A stretch of 64,000 nt of DNA from Trichoplax adhaerens (taxonomy: Eukaryota > Animalia > Placozoa). Numbering within the stretch: the first letter of the stretch is position 1; every line of letters begins with the position of its first letter. The notes beneath the pieces are model-generated. The model saw only the letters and a program-made list of their open reading frames with translations. It did no database searches and was not told where the DNA came from. The stretch is from assembly GCF_000150275.1 (NCBI RefSeq), contig NW_002060949.1, positions 2,849,836-2,913,835 on the forward strand, given 5' to 3'. Both the position numbers and the translations under genes were made by a program. Positions 1 through 13,814 of the stretch are shown here, piece after piece.

Positions 1-3000
1 TCAAATTTAGAAAAAAGCCTATATCTCTGAACCCAATACTTGTAATGCTTACGATTCAATGGCTAAGGAAGAGATGAATTATTTAAGTTATAGTATCCAC
101 ACTAATAACCTAAGTCATCATAATTTCACAGTACCTTCACCGCAGGCACATTTGATGCGAAGTCAACTGGCTCTCCTTCATCAGTTCTCACTATATGATG
201 AGAGGCCAACGACACGCGTAATCAAAATATTATATGTTAGTATTACTGATGTATAGGAGATTTCTTTTTATATAAAATACGCTAAATGAGATTTTAATTT
301 ATTACTTGAAGAATTGGGGGACTGGTTGATTTGTTCGTAATCGGATGACTAAGAAAACGGATAAGAATATTGTCGTAACTTTAATTATTAATCCATCATT
401 TTTTAAATAGTACGGGTAAACATTACCGCATGCAACATTACAGCCTAGAAACTACATTTTGGAAAATAAAATTTATCGCAAATAACTCGATAAAGTAAAT
501 GTCCAGAATATCAACAATGATGTTAAAACGAATTAATTCTACAGGATGGCGTATCGGCCAGCGCTAATTTCATCATCTATGTGATCAGTTAGCCAACTTA
601 CTTCATCTGAGTCAATAAATTTATAATGCACTAAAGGTCTTTTAAGATCACTATTCATAAATTTTTTCTGTAGTTTTTCGTTCAGGTAATGAATTTTTTC
701 ATTTTGACAATGCACCCTAAGTAAATATTACAACAGTTAGCCATCGTTCGCTATATAAAGTGCTTCTAATCAATGTGATATACCTTGGTGCAATTTGGAG
801 GCCCAATGCATCGTAGATAATACGAAAATCCTCAATTAGAGGCATTTTCTGTTTTTTAGTATTCCTGTGTCATCGGCAGAAATTACATAATGTTTAGCTA
901 TGTAAAAAGCCGAAATAACTATTTTCATCATTGTATACTACCTTGATTTAGGCTTTTTTTTCTTTTTTGAAAGTGAACTGGTTTTTACTTTATTCGTTGG
1001 ATTATTGACATGAATAGCAGCTTGATCATTTACTGTTGATACACAGACGTCAACATCAGTAATATTTTGATCTTGCTGTGATTGACTTTTTGAGTGAGAG
1101 CTGGTTTTTACTTTATCCGTTGGATTATTGACACGAATAACTTGATCATTTACAGCTGATACACAGACGTCAACATCAGTAATATTTTGATCTTGCTGTA
1201 ATTGACTATCTCCTTCATTACATTGAATAGATAAATCTGCTTGATCTTGCGTAGATATTGATGGTAAAGGGGTTTCGTTGTATTTGCTTGTTTCTATATT
1301 TGAGCCGCTATCAGGCGCTTCTGTTTTTACAGGCAACGATGTCGATGACGCATTATTGATTGACTCATCATTTTCTTGAATCCAAACACCAGTATCACAC
1401 CAATTTTTGTATAAATGGAAAGAGCGCCAATAACATTGATTACAATGGTCTTGCCAATCTACATTACAATCATCTTTCCATTCTGTATTTACGATTTGTA
1501 TACCGTATTTTTCCCAGTATTCCTGCCATCCTTCTAGTTCAGTCTGTTTCTTTGCTGGTTCATAGCTTTCTAAATGATGGTTATCTGTCATTAAATTAGC
1601 GTCATCTTCATTAGCCTCTTCTTTCATCCGGTTGATCTTTTTTTTCCCTTTCTTCTTTTTTCCACTGTGACTTTTCCTTGCCTGATCCTGGAATTATAAT
1701 TACCGTGGTTATTTTATTGTTTAGGCTAATATTATAATTAGCCACCTAGTGAAGCACCTAACTAAATAATAAATTACTGTTTAATTCTGTATTAAAACAG
1801 TTTCTACAATTTTACGTCCGTCATGCTCCTCCCTTTTTCGTACCTCATAATTGGAATTTTGTTTGTTTGAACCAAATGCAGTCGGTAATCCCATGGTTTG
1901 CATCAGTTGCATAAGAGATTCATCTTCATTTTGAACGGTATTTAGATTATCTATAGGGAATAATAGAGATATGAGAATAGGAAATACTTTATAAGAGCAG
2001 GGATTTATTGTCTTAACATCAATCGTAGATGAATTTGTGAAAATTGTACAGAGTCTCTTATTACCATCAGATAATAATAAACAGTTGTCAAGCTTAATTT
2101 GATGATGATTAGAATGAGAAATACAATTGCATAATGTAACAGTACTGCTATTAACTTACTATTAATAACATAAATATCTAAAGATAGGAAATTAGGATCA
2201 TTCATGTACTTGAAATAAAGTTAGTGACTCATTGTTCAGGTATTGGAGCAATTTGTGTATATAATTGAAAGATGACCTGAACGTAATTAAGGGTAAACAA
2301 TTTCTTGCATGGATCAGTGTATTGCAGATTTTGGTTGGAAATGTAGGTACAGTACAACCGTGGGCTACCAATTTCTTAGTAGTCTATATGATACAACGTA
2401 TAATTTTACGTCTCGATTCTCATTTACTGTATATGTAGTTTAGTAAGAACTGCAATAGATCATATAGTACGATCACAAATGATATCAACGTCCATAATTC
2501 CAATTCCAATTACAGTACAGTACAGTACTGTACACAGTACACGATATAAAGTTACTGAACCTCTGTTAAATGAGCACATTATCGTAAACCGTCAGTAAAG
2601 CGACGGGAGTTTGCACTAGTCTATACAAAACGCCAAGATAACTTTGCCTTCTACAGTAGGTAGTTCATTTATTTGTTAAGCTAACCTTCAGATTGACTTG
2701 ATGTGCAGAACAGATTGGGCTGCCTGTGGTAGAAAGAATTGCCTTGCATAAGTAACAATCTACTTAAGCATACTGCTTGAAATATATAACGATCACGAAA
2801 TTCCAAATCTTAGAAAAATAAGGACTGTATTGAATCTTCTATAAAGATTAACTACACAGCTCTACTCCAGCCGAATACTACTACTAAAGATTTCTAGAAC
2901 GAACTAACTGAAATAATCTAAAGTTGCATGCTTTTATACTTTTCGTAGCATTCGCAGCTACAATCCGCATGACACCTTTTACCTTATTTTACACATAGTA

Positions 3001-3931
3001 AAATTATTCTTAGTAACACTATTCTACTGCGGACCATCATTAATCCGATATGGATACGACTATAGTATTTACGTAGACATTATTCACACCAGCCAAAGTA
3101 CAATGAATTAACCATATCCTAATATATGATTTACAGTTCTAGTTTTACCTATAGCCTTATTAGTAACTCAACACCTTACTGTATGTAGTCATCTGTACTC
3201 TAGCACTACACTGCATATCTACAAAATATCTACACTGCTATATATCAAAATTTACAGCTAATTAATCATCACACTACTACTAGTGTGCAATCAATTATGT
3301 TTTCTGCTATTAGTTTGCTATGCTCGTACAATACTGTACTGAATGGAATTCAGTAGTGAAGAACGACATCAGGCTGAGTACAGTACATTATACTAACACC
3401 GTCAACCACTTTAAATACTATCATTACTTTATAGGTGCTTTGGTTAGAAAAAGAACAACAGTTGCTGCGTGTGGGCTTGTAAAACCATTCAGGGTTATCT
3501 TGTTTTGATTATTCAATGGATTGGAAATGTGCTGGACAGGAGTGGAGACCTGCTGAGGCTGTAAACTGCATTCAAGCTTGGCTTGCAGTTTGACGTAACT
3601 TGGAACGTTGCAGGTTGTGAAAGATTCGGTAGGAGAATTGCTAGTCAGGCTATCGGCAGCTTCTACGCCGTTATGAGATGCTTTTGTGGGCTCTTCACCT
3701 TGAATATCTTGTGATATTAGTTGATCCGATGGAGTTTCAATAGTAGTCGCTTGGTCTGGATTGGAAGGAAAGGCAAACATTATCCATTGACAAATGGCGC
3801 AAACTACTTGGTACACACTTGTATCAGGTGGCCGAGAAGAGTCGCTAGTACACTATAGTATTATAATATTATTTCTACGCAGTACAGTACGGTACGTACG
3901 TACAACGTGGTGTACAGTACAGTACTGTCAT
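1..3931 (-). CDS. TGS1: Trimethylguanosine synthase (TGS1/PIMT), N-terminal and central exons; methyltransferase domain continues beyond the left edge
   Basis: Spliced translation gives PLNRKHYKYWVQRYRLFSKF (~1-63, the conserved KYWxQRYRLFSxFD motif), LMQTMGLPTAFG (exon 1844-1950), GWQEYWEKYG...WQDHCNQCYW (exon 942-1687) and further GT-AG exons at 602-716 and 784-864. Exons 2686-2723 and 3428-3852 are phase-compatible upstream exons. The start codon (ATG at 3931 in a 6-nt exon) is tentative. Confidence 0.88.
966..1208 (-). repeat. In-frame ~120-bp tandem duplication (2 copies, ~40 aa) inside the large TGS1 exon
   Basis: QQDQNITDVDVCVS(A/T)VNDQ..I(R/H)VNNPT(D/N)KVKTSS occurs twice; the lines starting at 1021 and 1141 are nearly identical. 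Confidence 0.95.
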
Positions 3932-4465
3932 TTGTTGCACAGCGCACACTCAGTCATTCATGATACACTCGATGCAAGTACAGTGTACAGTATTACGCAT
4001 TACAGCGTTATACAGTACAGTACACGTCAGTACACAGTATACAGTCGTAAGATCGTCAATAATAACAGTAGGCATGGAAAGGTTTACTGTAAATGATAAT
4101 GATAATACAGATACTGTATACAGTAATATAGATTTATATTAGATTCGGCGACTACTGTAGTGTGCAGTACTGAGAGAGAGAGAGAGCAGTAGTCCCTGTT
4201 GGATTCAATCCAATAAATCGATAGTAATGAGCGCTTGAAAAATTACTATTAATAATGCATCTACAGTATAAAGTATATTTATACAGTACAGTACATACTG
4301 TATTCAAATACTGTACATCATACTGTACAGTACAGTACAGTACAGTACAGTACAGTACAGTACAGTACAGTACAGTGAACAACTTAACTGCATTGCATCA
4401 TGCGTCATGCGCAATGCACAATGTGCATGCTTGATGAGCCTACACTATATAGTGTACAGTACACG
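3880..4465. promoter_or_regulatory. TACAG/CTGTA-rich block at the 5' end of TGS1, including a perfect (TACAG)10 at 4326-4375
   Basis: Repeat is directly visible; the regulatory role is inferred from its position at the gene start. Confidence 0.6.
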
Positions 4466-4819
4466 TTGATGGCACTATGGCAGCCAATAATTAATTTCAA
4501 TTTCAATAATATGAAAATTGATATAATGTATAGTACCAAGTTATTAGTTTAGTCATTATATCAGTAATTGCAGTACAGTCATAGAGAAATGGTCAGTGCG
4601 ACTTTCTATTTGATTGACATCATCTTTATGGATAACTTAGCAAATAGGAAATTGAATTAATTTAGGCATCGATCGATGTAACCCAGGAAGCAATCCCCAA
4701 CTAGTATAGATGCTACACCTTCAGCACGATAGACACGTACTCACAAAACGTACTCACAAAATGATAAATTACTGCATAAATAGTCGTGTAGAAGGAAAGA
4801 AAGTCGGCAAGAGGCCGCT

Positions 4820-6870
4820 TATCTGAAGTTGACTACATAAAGTTGACGATATGCTTGTAGTCTTAAACACTTATAGGAAAGTTTACATCGCATCTGATTT
4901 AAGGTTTTTTGTGCATCTAATCTTCTGCTGTCAAGGTTGCATACGATTTCAAAAAAAATTGTGTCGATGCGGCACATTGCCGGTGGCTACGATATCTTTG
5001 AAGCGCTCAGTAACTATTTATATAGCTAATCACGAAACATCGGCTGAAAATATTCAAATATAAATGCTACGGTTATTCTTTTAAAATATTGTAAAACAAG
5101 ATCGCGTTAATTTGTTTGATTGCTTGAATAGTTTTAGTTACTACTGTACAGTAGATAGGCTCGTAATTTAAATAACAAGTAACATCGCGATACAACTAAG
5201 TAGTGTATAGATATATACATGCATATAAATGCTACAACTATACTAGTCAGTAGTTACTATGTGCTGAACGTTTACATCAACTGCCACTGCTAGATTACGT
5301 GAACACCAACTTATTACTGTCAGTTCTTGGCTAGTATTGCCATGTAATCGTCATCAATAATTCTACGGCGTAATAACAATAACAAAATAACATAAACATC
5401 AACATTTGCGGTTGTACAGTTATGTTTCTCTACTAACTAAACCATACAGAATACAGTCATAGCAATATCGACATTGATTTTTGATTCATCAGTCATTCCA
5501 GAAATTGCAACCACTAATTTACCGTTAAAAGAAATGGTTTTATTTGTACTTCTATTTTGCTGGATTAGTTGCAAGATGGAGAACGGCAAAGAAAACGCTT
5601 GTTCCTTGATTACTTTCGTTACATGTTTATTGTTCATTATGAATACGTCGCTTTGATCTTCGCATATAGCTCGTATTGCAGAATCAACTTTGAGTAATAG
5701 TTCTGTCGATGCGCTACCTCCTGATTGAGGATGCGATTGTAGAGAAGTAATTGCTTCCATAAATTAGCGCGAACTAAACACGTTTAACTTGACGGTAAAT
5801 CAATGTCAGATTGGAAGAATTTTTAACTTTGAAAATGACGATAGAGTATAAACAATACGTATATATAATGTTGCTGTATCATACAAGAAGCTTGTTGGAC
5901 TAAATCTAGACGCCACGGTACAACACTACGATACGATTCGCGAGTGTATTAGACATGATCTCACGTAAATAATTAAAATCGCATCGGCATTGTTTTCTAT
6001 GGCATAACAATGCATATTCTTGATGGCGAAAACAATATGACACTGTTAGGAGTATTGTTAACAGCTAGTTGTATTGTAACTACAAGGATTTCTTTCTATA
6101 TTAACTTCTGCCAATGAGATCGCCCAAAGAGTAAGTAAAAATTATAAGTTAATAATTATAATTACTCCGTTAATTGATTAAATCGTACATATACATACAA
6201 TAGCATGGGTCAGAAACTTAGAGAAGTTCGTGAGACCCTGATTCAGTACAGTAATCAAAACGGCAGTCAGCTTTTGCTATACTGTACAGTATGTACTATT
6301 AATTCTAATTATTCTAATTACGTCATAATATTGGCAGTATCTATTCACCTAAAAAGAGTAACGCAATATTTTGAGGGAAGAATGAATCACCTTTCACTAT
6401 TTCGCTGACCTAAGAGTTGTTAAACTTCGAGTGATCAGAGAGCAAGAATTGCTAATAGCGATATCAATATATAATTAAATTAGGAGCTCTCTTTTCATAG
6501 TCTACTTTAAAACGTGACCATGGTACTGGTAATAGCGACTAGAGTCACTAGTCTAGAATATAGATATAGCAGAGATATAAAAATTCCCCTTTCTTATAAC
6601 TCTATGGTGATTGTAGGCTATACAGTACAGTAGACCCAAATCCTTTTTGAATTTATTTTTCATATACCTCGCTGAAATTGCTTTGCCGATAGATTATCTC
6701 TTCTGCTAAAAAATTTTTAAAATATTGTCGTTTATAGTAGTGTACAGTACAGTATAATATGGTGTGAGCCAGTTCTCTTTAAAGTGCTATTAGGCAAAAT
6801 AATTTGTAGTAAAGCCGCAAAAATTTGCCTAAATTTTATATTGATAGTGATGATTTTTTGGGGTAACTTA
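4820..6870 (-). pseudogene. Possible orphan or degenerate multi-exon gene divergent from TMEM14
   Basis: 107-aa ORF 5437-5760 ends at a gttag donor-like site. Further exon-like minus-strand pieces with AG/GT borders occur (e.g. 6668-6705), plus coding-like stretches at ~5900-6065 and ~4840-5010 interrupted by stops. No family recognised. Confidence 0.3.
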
Positions 6871-6879
6871 ACCTTAATT

Positions 6880-7055
6880 AACTACTGTACTGTACACTGT
6901 TCTGTACAGTGTACAGTACTGCAGCACACTTTTACTCGTGCTTCTACAGTACAGTACGCTACAGTGTACAGTACAGTACTGTACCGTACTTCGCAAACTT
7001 TGCAAGTTGCAACAATAACACTGTACTGTACAGTACAGTTATTATGTACAGTACG
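6880..7055. promoter_or_regulatory. TACAG/CTGTA-rich block immediately upstream of TMEM14
   Basis: Dense tactgtactgtacactg / tacagtgtacagtacagtactgtac ending ~60 bp before the ATG at 7116. Confidence 0.6.
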
Positions 7056-7115
7056 TGTAGTATCAATAAAACGTAGAAAAAAATCAACTTTACAGATTCG
7101 ATCGGAATCTTCAAT

Positions 7116-8217
7116 ATGGCGTCTCCGGATTATTTGAGCTATACCTACGGAATAATTGTATTGTTAGGAGGTATCAGTGGATATGTAAGAGCAGGTACAT
7201 ACATATATCTAGTGCATTAGCTGTAAATATTGGCTTTAACGTAGCGAATAATCGGATAACTAACTACTACAGCACAATTAGCTTTTACACGTATAATTGA
7301 GATTGCCTCATTTTGATTTGATTACACTACTGTTAGTTGGACAGGACAGGACGCCCAGCATTAAGCGATAATACCTAATTTTCATAAATTCTTACCTAGT
7401 TATGTCATATACATATACTAATTACTATACCTTATGATATTTTAGGTTCCGTTGCCTCTTTGATCTCCGGATTACTTTTCGGTGGCGTCGCTATTTATGG
7501 TGCAACAGTCACTAGTAAAAATCCAAGAAACTGCGCAGTATGCCTAGCAACTGCTTCAGTATTGCTCGCAGTCATGGCTTTTCGGTTTTATAGAACACAA
7601 AAACTCATGCCAGCAGGTCTTATAATGTTTCTAAGGTGAGATATTGCTTGATGACTGCTGATGATATTGGGTGTTACTGGCTCATGCGATGACAGATCTA
7701 CGCGTTCTCATTGCTACATGACATTGTCGTACTAGTATGTTATATCGCCAGTATAAGCCTTTAGTCAATCGTTTATTATTCCTTTTTTAGCTGTACAGTA
7801 TGTATTATTAATAGGGTTAGTATGCATCTGCTACGATCACATTACCATTAGTTGCCAGCGTAGGTACACAATGGTGCATTTCACCTGGTATTTTGACCTT
7901 AAGATTATTAAGCCAGTGATGATGCAGTAATATAGTGTTGTGACGGTTGTCTAAGATCTGCAGTACAGTATACTGTATTGCAAATTAATTCTCGATATTG
8001 AACTGCGAAGTACGCTGCTATTACGAACTGAACGATTGGGTACTTATACTGTACAAGTAGTTACAGTTCCCTAGGTACAGGAGATAAATTATTTCGAAGT
8101 AGGCTGGCTTTAAATTATTATCTAACCTTGAATGTTTCATATGAACTTGCTAATGTATGATTTTTGTGTTGTAGCTTACTGCAAGTAACGAGATTACTGG
8201 TAGGCCTTAATGAATAG
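7116..8217 (+). CDS. TMEM14: Transmembrane protein 14 family (TMEM14C-like), 3 exons: 7116-7194, 7446-7635, 8175-8217
   Basis: MASPDYLSYTYGIIVLLGGISGYVRAGSVASLISGLLFGG...MAFRFYRTQKLMPAGLIMFLSLLQVTRLLVGLNE*; carries the GGxxGYxxxGSxxSL and RFxxxxKxMPAG signatures; canonical splice sites. Confidence 0.93.
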
Positions 8218-9202
8218 GCGTCACGTACGTTCTCATTTGAATGAAAACTTAAAAGCTTAAAATTAGATTATAATAGTAATTATAGGATAGTCTTCGTAAT
8301 CAGTTACCTTTTAAAATTGTATACAAATGTTATATCACTTGGTAATCTTACTTAAAGAGTCAAGACCATCGCTGTAATCGCCGAGGTTTTACGTTATAAT
8401 TGATGTGATTGTAATTATAAATCAGTTGTAGAGGCAAAGCAAAATTATGCAACTTTATCAAATGCGTCTTGGCAAGTATTTTCAGTTTAAATAAAAGATT
8501 ATGACTCATTTAATTTGTTTTATATTTTAAGAATTTATTCGTAGGGTAATGCCCATTTACAGTGTTGGTACAATACGAGTATAAAGTCAAACTACGATGT
8601 ATAACGTGAATTATCAATAATTTGAGTTTTGGAAATGTGAGTGTATACAAGGATGTGATATATCATGAAACTCATCTTGAAGATTCTAAACCGCCAATTA
8701 CTACCATCTTAAGTAATTGTTTATTATACTATGGGTTAATTGTATTATTAACCGTACATAACAGGGTCTTTGAAACCCTAGAAATGCTAACGCTATTTTA
8801 ATTCAAACCACTGCATGGAATAGCTATATTAGATAACTATCAAGTAGCGATCTCTATTGGTGGATGAATCGCTGCTATGCGGCTACATCTTCATTCATGT
8901 TAATCAAATTAAGTATTAAAAGAATGTACAATATTGAGGTAAAGTTCTAGATACTGCTGAGGAAGTAGCAAGTAAACACACGAATATCAAAACATAAATA
9001 AATGACATAGGATTCATGGAATCGTTATTGCTTCCATCAACACGTATACCCGTATACGAACGCAAGTATACGTATATACGAGTATGTTTATATACATAGT
9101 ATTCTTGTTTTCATCATGCTCGCATAACATTGCAATTAGTCGTTTACAGACACTACAAAAATTTAGTGCTGAAAACGATATTCAGATCATAAAGAAGCGA
9201 TA

Positions 9203-12200
9203 TTAAGAGACCAACAAAGGGCCACTTCCCATCTTCCCTGGCCACGCTTCCTTAGCATATACTTTATGCTTTTTCGTTGATAAGGTTTCGGAAGCAGAAA
9301 CTTCATTCATCGGCAAATTACCAGCTGGAATTGGTACTGAAGGTAATGCTACTTCATCAGGAATAACTGGACCAACATCTGGAGCTGGATTAAGTCGAAT
9401 AGATGACGTTAATCCAGAGAAAATCGAATATGAACCAGTTCCTACTCCAGTCATCATATTTGAATCGTCCTGGTCATGTTTGTTAATCGGTAGATTAATA
9501 TAGTGGTCAGCGCCAGCAATCCCTTCGAAAGTATTCCTTTCAGTTCGTTGTTTCTAAATTAGATAAAAAATTTACAATAAGGCTAGCTCAGGAATACCTT
9601 TAACAAATCTGTAATTAGTAAAAGAACTTATAATATTAGCTAGGAGATAGAAGAACCAATGATGAAAACATTTGCTACGGGAAAAAGACTAAACAATTTT
9701 AGTTCGATAGTGCTTACTTTCAAGGGCACTACTGTTGATTGTACCATATTCCTAAATCTCCCAACGCTTGAATCGACATCCTCTGGAAAATTACAAACGA
9801 TCATCAGTTATGCACTTTATCATAATCTATTATTTTATTACATCTACGTCGCATTTGTAACTTAGATTGTATAATAAATCTGCATAAAGGTAACAAATAA
9901 GTGAGAATACTTAATTGACAGAAACATTATAGGAGTACCTGTTAGCACCTTAATGGTATTGTACGTATAGTTAATTGTAAATATTATATTATGCATAGAT
10001 GTACGCTATATATGAATACATACCGGGATTTATAATTTCCTCTTGGCCAAACTGTACCTTTAAGCGAGCTTTATGCTTGCGTTTACCGCTCATTAATATA
10101 TCGTTAGACTTATCATTTTCAATAACCAAAGAAGAGATTCTTTTGTTATGTGCTGTATTATATTCTGTTAGATCCTGAAGGAGCGATTGATAAGCTATTT
10201 TACGATTGCAATCTCGTAGACGCATATAGTTTTTATCGTACATCATATACAGATATACTGGTATCTATTCTTATTTCTATTTATGGTTTATGCGTGCTGT
10301 ACACGTATATTTTTTTATTAAACACAGGTTTACAGTCTGTGCAGCACCTATGATGCACTTACATCTAATTCGTTATCGTTTTCAGGCAAGGAGAGTAGAC
10401 TTTTGACAGCGTTATCTTCACTATTATCGCCACCAACAGGTATCACCCTTGTCGGAGGCTTTTCTCTTATTACATAACATCGAGTAGAAGCACCAAACAG
10501 TATAGTGCTATCTACCGGTAACTGTTGCGGTTTATTTGCTTCTAACCTTACTGATCCAAGGAATGTCCCGTGCGCTGAAAGTGTAATTATCAGCATTAAA
10601 TATGTGCATAGGCTTCAATTTACCGTACAACGGATCATAAAATAGATGACCAAGTGCCATTCGTGCGAATTCAAGATGTCAAATGCCATGATTTTTACAT
10701 ATTAGAAAAATTTTTGCTATAGTGAACACTAATTCGCTGAGCGTTGAGAAACCGAGTTCGGTACTTTAGCTCTATACTTGAACAACGCTATAAAAGTAAT
10801 ATTAGAAAATTAACACTTACTACTGCCAAGATCCATGATGAAAAATCGTTTTAACTGTTTATGGAACACTATTGCACTGTGAACACGAGAGCACGATTCA
10901 TGGTTAAGAGGAAAATCGCAATTTTCGGAATTACGCCCAAAGAGGTAATAACTTTTTTCGTCAATTATTAATTTCTAAAATTAAGATAAAAACAAGGGAT
11001 GAGTAAATAGCAGTATAGTATACTGTTCGTGGTAAAATATTACAAAAATGTAGTCAATACTCGATTTAACAGTCAATTGTCAGGTCTTACACGGAATACT
11101 GGTAAGGTAAAGAATCCTTTGATACTATGCGAACAGTACAGTGAACGTAGTTACGTTTTTTTTATAAATAGAATAAAAATAAAAATAAAAATAAAAGAAA
11201 ATAATATGTACTGTATATACATAAGTATAATAAATAAATCCTTGTACAGTAGGGTACAATGTTTTCAAGATCGGTCGTATGCATTTTAAGTAAGTTGTTA
11301 GTGGTAGGCTACTAGGGTGTATATATATTTTGAGGTCAGTAGTAACTAGCAAGCATTCCTATTAGGAATTTAAATTAGAGTAAACAGATCTGAGAATTTC
11401 ATTGTCAACATGTACTCGTATGCCTAGACAACTTCTCTAGTACATATAAGGTCATAGTTTAGAATGTTGTGCAGATCCGGAAACAGCCGTATATCGTATT
11501 ACAAACTAGAGCAATATAAGGTAAGAGCACGCTGCTTAATTATATAATTATTGTACTCGTATGAACGTATATAACATTTAAAGAAATTTACGAACTTGTC
11601 CTGGGATATGGTCATTAACACTCTTTATCCAGCAGACAAGGTTAGAACGTAGAGTTCCACCAATTATAGTACAGTAACTGTACAAGCTAACGTATACAGG
11701 TAAGGTATAGTGCACTATACTTATTATATAAATATCATTATTACCGATGTTTACCAAATAACTACCAATAGGGTTGAATTACACTAGAATAAAATTCAAT
11801 TTAAGATTAGAAAAAGTCTTCAAATCGAAGTTATGTAACTGATTGTTAACAAGCGTAACAACGTAGTTATGGTAAGTATGAAGTAGAGATGTTCAAATTT
11901 TTGCATAAAAAGTACGATAAATTGAGCAATCCTATATTGTTAAATTTTTTTTTGTATGAAACGTGTATTCAATTAAAGTAGTGATTGTCATACTTCAAAT
12001 TAGCGCAATCGATTCTCAAGTTAGTGTTGATGTATAATATTGGTAGGACTATATTCGTATGATAGTCGAATTACTGGAGAATAATCGTGTATTGACTTCG
12101 GATTCCGAAGTGAACAAGAAGGAAGTTGCAAAACACTGGTATTAAGTCTGTTGTGCAGAGTGTACAATAAGCATAAGCGTACATTGGATTATATCTATAT

Positions 12201-13704
12201 AATTATTGAATCTTAAAGACAGATGATGCATGTGCGCTTTTGTAGACAGCATGCTATGAAGTGAATGTTATTACAGTCTGCTGTATTACGCCCGCTCATA
12301 AAAGTGGTCACTTTCATTAGTTAGCGAGGCAGTGGATTTCTTGATTTATTTACTTCAGATATAGCTGTGACTTCCTCATGGTGTGTGTATTTATGTACAT
12401 ACATGAATTATACGTATTTCAGACCTTGCTATAAGCCTGTGACTATCAAATAGTTAGCAATGCAATAATCATATAATGAACTATTGCTGTAGTTCATTTT
12501 AAAAATTTTTTTGTCAGCAAATCCTTTGCTTTTATGTTTTAGGTATAAGAATATTAAGGTTGAGACGTATTGTAGTAATTGATAGGGTATCTTTCTCTTA
12601 ATCTTTTACTTTAGCATGGATATACTGATTCAATTTTAGTGATGCTGCTTTTTAATGAAGGGAATTTTAATTCAAAGACATGGTTACAGGAAGACAATGA
12701 CATCCTGAAATCGAATTAAGGCATAACTGCTACATTTTGTAACCTTTTGCAGTAAATGCGTTTACTTTAGTACACTATGATACTGTATTGTTAGGGATTA
12801 CTGTAGAAGTTACAGCGTCGATAACTTGAGACGACTACCATCCATTGATGGCAAGTTGATAGCAAGTTGATGATACTGTACTGTACAGTAGATGATTTTA
12901 ATTCGATGTATCTTATAACGTCATTGACAAGATATACCGGGTATGTAAGGGCTTCAATACTTTAAAATGATTCCTCTACATTTCAATAAAAAGTATTTCA
13001 CTGTGTACATCAACTAACTAAATAAGAACATAAAGTTCATATTGATTGCAACATGTCTTCCGCTGACTACGCATAGGCTATAATACTTGCTACAAAATAT
13101 CTTATTGGACTAATTTCATTCCATAATCCTTTTATGAAAGTTCAAGCATATCCGTTCTCTTCAAATTGATAATCCATAGTCTATTTTGCTACAGCTGATA
13201 CAGAAGAGTATTGGTGTACTATTATTTATGTAAAATATAATGGCAGATATCGCCTGGATTTATTATATATATAAATAATCATGGTCAAGACAAGATTTGG
13301 ACCAAAAGCGCATCCAATTTACTCCAGTGGCCTGGCAAACCAATGAAATGTATTGTGTCATGTGTAAGCTTGTCAGTGGCCAGTGGCCACTCGGTGGTCA
13401 AGTAACAGTAAAAGAGAGCAAAGACATGTATAGGTACTGTATGTAACCATACTGTCAATTGAAGTATATGACATACTACATGGTAAACAATTGGTCAATG
13501 CATACCTCAACCAAAGTACCATTTTTCATTACATCTAAATGGAAACCAGCAGTCGGTTTACCAGCCCTAAATAGGATAGATCAGCCATGAATTACTACTG
13601 AACTGGCTATATAGCATTACTGTAAACGATGCCTATATTAATCAAGTCAATGTTTGAGAAAATTGTAAGCTAACTAACCACTTCGGTGGCTCAAATTTTG
13701 CCAT
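9203..13704 (-). CDS. PPP1R8: Nuclear inhibitor of protein phosphatase 1 (NIPP1), 7 exons: 13679-13704, 13506-13566, 10821-10974, 10363-10574, 10024-10174, 9718-9782, 9203-9553
   Basis: FEPPKWAGKP N-terminus, FHA domain (YYLFGRN...SCSRVHS...DLGSTHGTF), LTEYNTAHNKRIS, RVxF-type motif KVQF, EEIINPEDVDSSVGRFRNMVQ, C-terminal YAKEAWPGK. Confidence 0.96.
11474..12871 (+). other. Candidate nested antisense gene or gene relic inside PPP1R8 intron 2
   Basis: Plus-strand exon-like segments with AG/GT borders and compatible phases: ~11474-11520 (SGNSRISYYKLEQYK), ~12047-12138 (DYIRMIVELLENNRVLTSDSEVNKKEVAKH) and ~12795-12871 (WDYCRSYSVDNLRRLPSIDGKLIAS*). Confidence 0.3.
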
Positions 13705-13814
13705 GTTTATGCAAGAGCCTACGGGCTCGACAACATCAAGCTGATTAGTCCCCAGTCCAATAATGAATACTGGTAGGTGTTGCGCACGTTTTTAGCCAGG
13801 GTTGTGTTACTTGT

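Noticed and set aside
7915-8035. Possible C/D box snoRNA in TMEM14 intron 2 (GTGATGA...CTGA)
   Set aside because: No convincing terminal stem or recognisable rRNA-complementary guide; such boxes arise by chance in AT-rich DNA.
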